Below, piece by piece: positions 57,584 through 64,000 of a DNA stretch of 64,000 nt. Numbering within the stretch: the stretch's first letter is position 1; each line of letters starts with the position of its first letter. This DNA comes from a virus. Under the pieces are notes generated by a model that had not been told where the DNA came from, did no database searches, and saw nothing but the letters and a program-made list of their open reading frames with translations. Made by a program: the position numbers and the translations under genes. The stretch lies in IMG/VR virus record IMGVR_UViG_3300046010_015054, positions 96,001-160,000 of that record. One strand, written 5' to 3'.

Positions 57584-58639
57584 TTATAAATCTAAATTTA
57601 CTAAAATTGTTGTATCTGTTGTTTGCGATGTTGGAACAGGTTGAGATAATTTTCCTACCGCTATTAGATTTTGAGCTTCATCGTATAAACCAACAGTTGT
57701 AACGTAAGGTGCGAAATAAGAACCAGTTAAAGCATCTAAGAGTTGACCATTTCCAGGTTCATAGAAATAACTTCCAGTCCATTCAAACACACTACCACTA
57801 GCTTGAGCTGATGGGTTTAATGTAGCATTAAATTCTGCAGGTTGTATAGTGCATTTGTATTGAGTTTCATATATCGTCATAGAAGACGAGAATGAACACG
57901 TAATTGAACCTGTAATCAGCGCACTAATGCCTGGTAAGAATATAGCACCATAAGATGCAGTAGCATAGATTCCCGAGGCATATAAGAAACCTCCAGAACC
58001 ACCTGCACCTGCAGAGAATGAAGACGAGTTTGTTAAAATTATAAGCCCGTGAGTATAGATAACATTACCATAGTTAACATTACTACCAGAAACCAAAAGG
58101 TTTCCTTCACCATCATCTTGTAGAATAAAACTACCAGATTGAATAACTAAACTATTAGGAGCTATATAATCTCCAAATATTTTTGAAGGAATAGAGATAA
58201 CACCAATTGTATCTCCAGAACCTGTTGGTAAAAATCTAGTAGGAGTTAAAGTACTTTGTAAAAAATTATCGTATAAAGGACCTGAACCTGATACTCCTGA
58301 ACTAGTAAAAGTATCTCCTGAACCTGAAGGTCCAGCTCCAGGTATTAAAACTCTTAAATTTGCTGGGTCTCCTGTAGTTGAAAATTGATAGTTTGAATAA
58401 TATAATTGCTTTACAGAATCATATATTAAAGCTTGATATTCAACTTGATTAACACCTGTAGTGATATTTGAGCCATAGTTAACATTCCAAGGTATATTTT
58501 TACCAAAGAATCTTTCTATACCAACATATTCACCATTGGATTGAGTGTAAAAACTTGATGTAGTAAAAGTAAACCCTTTGTTGACCAGAAATGGTGCAAC
58601 AATTAAATCAGAAGCTAAAAATTGTTTCCAAGCACTCAT
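57584..58639 (-). CDS. Virion structural protein (baseplate/tail region)
   Basis: DDGEGNL, GNVIY.HG and PYVTTVGLYD..NLIAVGKLSQP motifs; paralogous C-terminus with the next gene. Confidence 0.65.
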   Translation of the reverse strand: MSAWKQFLASDLIVAPFLVNKGFTFTTSSFYTQSNGEYVGIERFFGKNIPWNVNYGSNITTGVNQVEYQALIYDSVKQLYYSNYQFSTTGDPANLRVLIPGAGPSGSGDTFTSSGVSGSGPLYDNFLQSTLTPTRFLPTGSGDTIGVISIPSKIFGDYIAPNSLVIQSGSFILQDDGEGNLLVSGSNVNYGNVIYTHGLIILTNSSSFSAGAGGSGGFLYASGIYATASYGAIFLPGISALITGSITCSFSSSMTIYETQYKCTIQPAEFNATLNPSAQASGSVFEWTGSYFYEPGNGQLLDALTGSYFAPYVTTVGLYDEAQNLIAVGKLSQPVPTSQTTDTTILVNLDL

Positions 58640-58642
58640 TCA

Positions 58643-59686
58643 TTAGAAGTTCAGCTTAACGCGGATTAATGCTTCTTTTGTAAAATCTTTAACTAGAGGT
58701 CTAGATAATTTAGCTACAGCTAACAACTCGTTTGAATCATTGTATAAACCTACAGTTGTAATATATGTTTGTGGGTTGTTGATGAATGTAGAGTAAATAA
58801 CTTCACCTGTACTTGCACTAATAAACGAAGGGTTAGTTGTGTAGTTAAATTCAAAGTTTTGTGGTCTTATGTAAACATAATCTGATGTTACATTTTCTTG
58901 GGAGTTAAGACCAAAACTATCACCTGTGCTAATAGCTCTATACATGATCATATTGTTAAGACCATTTGCAATATTTGAGCTACCAGTTTGAGGAGCTAAA
59001 GCAATACCACCTGCAGCTACAGGTAATTGAAGAGCTTTTGCGTTTAATAAAATTGTACCCATATCAGGAACAAACCAACCATAAGAACCAGAGACTGTAT
59101 AACCAGCTGCAGAAGCACCTGCTAAAGCAGTAGTAGTTGTAGCAGTACCATTTGAGCCTGAAACGATCTGATAAACTCTAGTACCATTGATGTAAGGTAC
59201 TACTGAAAGATCATTACTATTATCTGTTAAGTATAAAGTAGTGTTTGCTGCTGATCCTGAAAGTACTAAGTTTAAGGATCCTGGGAGTAAAGATTGTTTA
59301 TAATTTGCTCTTTCTACTGAAACTGCAAAGAATTGTGAACTAGTTACTGATCCAAATAAAAAGCTTGAGTTTTCATCTTCAAGAATAAGGTTTCTATATT
59401 GACCATATAATGTTCTTGAAGGGCTTAGATTTGGAATAGCAGAGTTATAGGCAGTTGAACCTGAACCATTTGCATCACAATATCCAATAAAAAATTGGAT
59501 AGAGGCGCTATCATAGGTTGCTACAGTATTGTAAACTGCTAAAACATATTCTCCCTGTGAGCTAGCTTCTTGAGTAGAAGAAGTAAAGAAAGCTGTTAAT
59601 GTGTTAATATCATTAGACCAGCAAGGAGCAGTTACAGAATCTGCTGATACTAAAAAATCTGTTGGATTTAATCTTTTAAATGACAT
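58643..59686 (-). CDS. Virion structural protein (baseplate/tail region)
   Basis: FNYTTNPSF and TYITTVGLYND.NELLAVAKLSRP motifs. Confidence 0.65.
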   Translation of the reverse strand: MSFKRLNPTDFLVSADSVTAPCWSNDINTLTAFFTSSTQEASSQGEYVLAVYNTVATYDSASIQFFIGYCDANGSGSTAYNSAIPNLSPSRTLYGQYRNLILEDENSSFLFGSVTSSQFFAVSVERANYKQSLLPGSLNLVLSGSAANTTLYLTDNSNDLSVVPYINGTRVYQIVSGSNGTATTTTALAGASAAGYTVSGSYGWFVPDMGTILLNAKALQLPVAAGGIALAPQTGSSNIANGLNNMIMYRAISTGDSFGLNSQENVTSDYVYIRPQNFEFNYTTNPSFISASTGEVIYSTFINNPQTYITTVGLYNDSNELLAVAKLSRPLVKDFTKEALIRVKLNF

Positions 59687-59693
59687 ATCTTAA

Positions 59694-60353
59694 TTATGCT
59701 GAAGTTTTAGTAATTGTTACAGGGATTGTAATGCGAGCTCCTGAATCTCTACCTACTACAGTTAAGGTAGCTTGTAAAATATTGTTGGAACCAAATAAAG
59801 TATTCACAGTAGTGGCTGTCATGTTGATTGTAGTACCAACCACTGTTTTAGAGACGTTAGTTCCAATTGTTGTAGTGCTGTTTAGTGCGATAGCATCTGG
59901 TGTATTAATACCTACCCCGTTAAATGTACTTAATACACGTACATCACTTATAGTAGCGGTATAACCATTGGTTTCGGTTGTGGTTAAGCCACCTAAATAG
60001 TTTAGAGTTTGAGGTGTAATAGCAAGTGAAGCACCTTGTTTTAATGTGATAGCGGAATATCCTAGGTCAAGTACCGGCATCTTAGCACTTCCACGAGGTA
60101 GTGTAGTTAACACATACTTCATTTCTTGAGTTACAAGAGGAAATGCTTCTAAAAGAGGCATGTTTTCGATTGCTTGACCATAGAAAGCTGAACCTGAAGG
60201 GTTGCTAGGGTTGTAAAGAGTATAATCGATTTCGTCATCAGATAAAGCAAATTGAGTGATACGGAATGTACCATCATTTTTTGCTAGTAACTCTCTACCC
60301 TTGTCCGTTAGGATAGCATCAACAGTTACGACTGAGTTATTTAAATATCCCAT
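59694..60353 (-). CDS. Virion structural protein (baseplate/fibre attachment type)
   Basis: DAILTDKGRELLA..ITQFALSDDEIDY motif. Confidence 0.65.
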   Translation of the reverse strand: MGYLNNSVVTVDAILTDKGRELLAKNDGTFRITQFALSDDEIDYTLYNPSNPSGSAFYGQAIENMPLLEAFPLVTQEMKYVLTTLPRGSAKMPVLDLGYSAITLKQGASLAITPQTLNYLGGLTTTETNGYTATISDVRVLSTFNGVGINTPDAIALNSTTTIGTNVSKTVVGTTINMTATTVNTLFGSNNILQATLTVVGRDSGARITIPVTITKTSA

Positions 60354-60373
60354 CTTATATTTTAGATTTTGTT

Positions 60374-60381
60374 ATAAATAT
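60374..60381 (-). promoter_or_regulatory. Putative late promoter ATATTTAT
   Basis: Recurrent intergenic motif. Confidence 0.7.
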
Positions 60382-60396
60382 ATTAATTTTAGTTTT

Positions 60397-63300
60397 TTAT
60401 ATACCAGAAGTTGTTACTATAGAATTTAAATCACTCTTAATGGTAGGGCTAGCATTTGGCGTAATCAAGTTCCCTTTACCTACTCCTGAAAGAGTTGTTC
60501 CATTGAATGTTACAAAAGTTCCATCTGTAATAGCTTTCCAAATCAGACAGCCCGCAGCTGCATAGCTTGTTGCTAAACTAGAAGCATTAGCTCCCATTTC
60601 AAGATTTACATTTACAGCTTTAGTAAGTATAAGTACATTTGAATGAGTTGCTGAAACTCTATCAATTTCATAAACACCATTATACTCTAAAGGATAAGCA
60701 TAACTACCATCTCCATTTATAGCATCATAAGTGTCATTAACAGATGTTAAACTTCCTGAAGCAGTAGTACCTAAATTATAGTAGATAGAAACAAACCATC
60801 TTTCTCCTGCTGATAGGCTAGCTGAAATTGTGCTTGTTATAGTAGCAGGGGTAGATCCTGTAACTGCAGCAATTGCTGATTCATAACCATTATTGTCTAT
60901 ACCAGGTATAGCTATAAGATTAGTTAAGAATCCACCAAATAATGATAAAGTACTAAATGAACCTGTTGTAGCTGCTCCTCCAAATAAAGATGAACCACTA
61001 GGAATATAATAAGATGAAACCGAAGGCACACCAAATTCAGAACTTAAAACGCGAGCTGTATTTGGTATGTTAGCTGTTGTAGTGCGTTGAGTAATTTGTG
61101 GCTGTGAGTTTGGTGGTAAATTACTCTGTACTGAGAATGAAAAGAATATATCTTGAGGAGATATAGTAGCTACTGAACTTGTTGTGTCAACATTAAGAAT
61201 TTGGCTAAGTTTTAAAGCACCACCAGTTGCAATTTGTGGGTAAGTTCCACCACCCCAAGCAAATTCATAAATGTTTGTGTTAAATAGATCAATTGAAGGT
61301 TGACCTAAAGTTGTAGCTCCAATGTTATCATTTTGGTAGTTTTGAACTACAAATGACTGAGTAAGTGAAGTACTATTAAGATTGTCAGTTGTATTTTTAC
61401 TACCTAAATATCTTGGTTCATTCCACCATAAAGAAGTATAGTTTGAATCAGGTACAGAAACAGGAGCTGCTGAACCTGAAAGAATAGCTAAAATATTAAC
61501 TGGAATGTTTTGGCTAGTAGCGTAATCAACTTCTTGAAGTTTTGTATTTGGTCTATTTTCAATAGCATTATTGAAAGTAGCATTATAATCGTTGTTTTGG
61601 AAAGGACCAGTAGCATCTGTTACTTTAGGACTTAATACAAGTAACTGGTTTAAGAAAGTTTGGGGATCTGAAAGTAGGTATTGTGCTGAGTTTCCAGGGG
61701 CAAATTCAAAGAAATAGTAGTTACCACCATCTCTAGGAGAAATTGTAATTGGATAGAATGTAAATCCTCTCCAAATAATAGATTCTACATTTGCTAAAGT
61801 TAAATTATTACTTTCACTTGCTAAATCAATACTATTAATTTTAGCATATTGAATATAAGGAGGAAATTTTTCTGGTAATCCACTTGGGGTTGGATTTTGA
61901 CTCCAAAAAGCAGCTTCCCCTGCTATAGGTACTACTGAGCTAATAAATGTAGCTGAAGAGGTAGGAGTACCACCTGCTCCATCTCCACCATATAGGCTTA
62001 CATTATAAGTAGTAGGAGTTGTATCTACTTGTTTAAAAGTATTTGGTAAATTAAGTTCACCACCATTATCAGTATTAATCCAAGAACCACTAAATTCTCC
62101 ATTATAAAATTCATCTTGTGAGGAATGAATTTGGATATCTAGCCCATAAGGGTTAATTATACTTTCAGACCAGCTTTGAGTTACACCATAAACATTGGAT
62201 AAACCATTAGCTATATAGTATGGATTTGTACTTAAACCATTTAAATTATTAGTTGAACCTCCGGCACCACCAGTAACAAATACCATTTCAATAGAACCGG
62301 TATAGTCAAATAAAGATGAAGTAACTAATGGTTGTGGGTATTTACTTCTTTCAAGTAAGTTTTGTTTTACAACAACACCTGATGCAAGACTTGTTCTAGC
62401 AGGAACAAAATCTTTAACCATGTTGAATAAAGAGTTATCAAAGAATTTAATAAGTCTTATGTAGTCTGTAAAGTTGTAATTGCCTATATATTTTTCAAAA
62501 TAGCTATTTGCTAATTTATCTAAGTCTGGGTAAGTATCTGATCTGCTAAAGCGTTGTCTTGGGTCACCAATAAATTCTCCAATGTTGAAGAATCCTAGTT
62601 GATCCATAATATCCTCATTTATTTCATTTTGAGGAGAAAATGCTACTTCAACATAATTTACATTGTTTGTATAATTATTTTCTTCTTGACTATTTTGTTG
62701 AATTTGAATGTAGCGAGATAAAGTATCCCCTGCAGGTAAAATTTCAGTTATGTTGTGTATCTTGTTAGAAACTATATTTTTGATACCAGCAACTGGTTGA
62801 TCTATATAAATAGTTTCTGTATTTGCTACAAAATTTGAAGTAGTTCCAATATAAAAGTTACTATTATTATTATCAAATGAGGATGTAGCAACCCAAGATC
62901 CTGTAACTTTAGGGTGAATTGAAACTGAGCTAGTGTATAATTCTCCACCTAAAGAAGCTCTAAATGCTAGTTCTAAAGGAGCACCATCCCAAGATGCTGC
63001 TTCAATAGAATCAGGATTCATTGTTATATTTTCAAAGCTTACAGGAGCAATTTTTTTAGTATAGTATTTTACTTCTTGTAAAGATCCTGAGAAAATACTA
63101 AGTGTTGAGAATGGAGAGCCAAAATTGTTACCTAAAGATGCTGAGATAGAAGTATCCCAAGAAGCTAAAGTTCCTACTACAGAATGAGATTGTAAAAATC
63201 CTATTTGACTGCCATCATCTCCATTATAGATGTTGTTAGCAGCATATAAAGTAAATCTACCAGAGTTATCATCTACAGTAACAGCTGTAGTCCACCAACC

Positions 63301-64000
63301 TCCATCAAAGAAAGGTAAGTATACTCTTGCAAATGTTGTAGGGTCTCCATTAAAATCTGGGTAGAATTTTAAGAAAGCATATTCGTTGTATGGGTTAATT
63401 ATAGATCCACTATAAGAACCTGAAGCATTTACTGAACCTGAATATTCTAGGGATAAAAGTGATCCTTGATCTGTTACAAAGATAGATTGGCTTGGATAAA
63501 GTCTAGCAGATTGAACACCTGCTGTTTTAAATCTTAAAGCAACAGTTTCAGGTCTTTTGTTTGTGTTAGGAGTTGTCCAAGCATTGTTTAATTGGAATTC
63601 TGTTCCTACCCAACCACCATCTTGATAAAAATCATAGGCATAATTAAATTTTTGCTGCCATAGATCCCAATCATTTGTATTAATTTTATCTTTACCTCCA
63701 AATTCAGATACTCTTAAAATTGTATCAGGAATACCATAAATTGTAATAAGAGCTTTCAAACCATCAACTGTACCTTTTCTTTTTAAAAGAAGTGGTAAAG
63801 CGTTGTATAATCTTTTGTAAGTTCTATAGTTTACATCTTCTAGAGGAATAGGTTCTGCAGAAGAAGTAACATAGTTTGTGATAAGCTCTGAGCCGGTAGG
63901 AGGTAAATATCCTCCTTCAGGATTATATCCTAAAAGAGCAATATAAAGATCGTTAGAACTAAAGTTATTTTGGTAAAGTTTAATACCAAATGACCTTAAA
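60397..64000 (-). CDS. Large baseplate wedge-like structural protein; 5' end runs off the window
   Basis: The frame stays open from 63759 to 64000 by hand check (...YKRLYNALPLLLKRKGTVDGLKALITIYG); the KGT..G...L motif is typical of gp7/P2 gpI-like wedge proteins. Confidence 0.65.
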   Translation of the reverse strand, partial: LRSFGIKLYQNNFSSNDLYIALLGYNPEGGYLPPTGSELITNYVTSSAEPIPLEDVNYRTYKRLYNALPLLLKRKGTVDGLKALITIYGIPDTILRVSEFGGKDKINTNDWDLWQQKFNYAYDFYQDGGWVGTEFQLNNAWTTPNTNKRPETVALRFKTAGVQSARLYPSQSIFVTDQGSLLSLEYSGSVNASGSYSGSIINPYNEYAFLKFYPDFNGDPTTFARVYLPFFDGGWWTTAVTVDDNSGRFTLYAANNIYNGDDGSQIGFLQSHSVVGTLASWDTSISASLGNNFGSPFSTLSIFSGSLQEVKYYTKKIAPVSFENITMNPDSIEAASWDGAPLELAFRASLGGELYTSSVSIHPKVTGSWVATSSFDNNNSNFYIGTTSNFVANTETIYIDQPVAGIKNIVSNKIHNITEILPAGDTLSRYIQIQQNSQEENNYTNNVNYVEVAFSPQNEINEDIMDQLGFFNIGEFIGDPRQRFSRSDTYPDLDKLANSYFEKYIGNYNFTDYIRLIKFFDNSLFNMVKDFVPARTSLASGVVVKQNLLERSKYPQPLVTSSLFDYTGSIEMVFVTGGAGGSTNNLNGLSTNPYYIANGLSNVYGVTQSWSESIINPYGLDIQIHSSQDEFYNGEFSGSWINTDNGGELNLPNTFKQVDTTPTTYNVSLYGGDGAGGTPTSSATFISSVVPIAGEAAFWSQNPTPSGLPEKFPPYIQYAKINSIDLASESNNLTLANVESIIWRGFTFYPITISPRDGGNYYFFEFAPGNSAQYLLSDPQTFLNQLLVLSPKVTDATGPFQNNDYNATFNNAIENRPNTKLQEVDYATSQNIPVNILAILSGSAAPVSVPDSNYTSLWWNEPRYLGSKNTTDNLNSTSLTQSFVVQNYQNDNIGATTLGQPSIDLFNTNIYEFAWGGGTYPQIATGGALKLSQILNVDTTSSVATISPQDIFFSFSVQSNLPPNSQPQITQRTTTANIPNTARVLSSEFGVPSVSSYYIPSGSSLFGGAATTGSFSTLSLFGGFLTNLIAIPGIDNNGYESAIAAVTGSTPATITSTISASLSAGERWFVSIYYNLGTTASGSLTSVNDTYDAINGDGSYAYPLEYNGVYEIDRVSATHSNVLILTKAVNVNLEMGANASSLATSYAAAGCLIWKAITDGTFVTFNGTTLSGVGKGNLITPNASPTIKSDLNSIVTTSGI

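Noticed and set aside
1-64000. Stop-codon reassignment, as seen in some large Bacteroidota phages
   Set aside because: Core genes are full length in the standard code, and TAA, TAG and TGA all end genes at sensible positions.
1-64000. tRNA or rRNA genes, integrase, transposase, reverse transcriptase/DGR
   Set aside because: None recognised; intergenic gaps are short and accounted for by promoters, terminators and small ORFs.

Overview
This window is 64 kb of an AT-rich, large T4-like myovirus genome (standard genetic code), and every credible gene is on the minus strand. It holds the head module (terminase gp17, portal gp20, prohead protease gp21, scaffold, major capsid gp23), neck and tail-completion genes, baseplate-type genes, a primase and nucleases, and a ~13 kb block of probable head-packaged proteins. 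Promoter geometry (TTTG-N19-TAnnTT), the lack of obvious Shine-Dalgarno sites and an Hc1-like histone point to a Bacteroidota host (inference). The most interesting part is 1-20.9 kb, which looks like a phage-encoded, metazoan-style collagen system. Two paralogous ~1100-aa collagen chains have interruptions and four GPKG lysines in exact triplet register, suggesting a heterotrimer or paired fibre. Directly downstream are a GT4 + COLGALT-like GT25 + PLOD-like lysyl-hydroxylase fusion, a P4H-type 2OG-Fe(II) oxygenase, two GT-A-like paralogues and a GT4 + autotransporter O-heptosyltransferase-like fusion. Directly upstream is a 2642-aa (Gly-Ser/Thr-Ser)n fibre with a quantised internal period. 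Family assignments come from motif recognition, not database searches.
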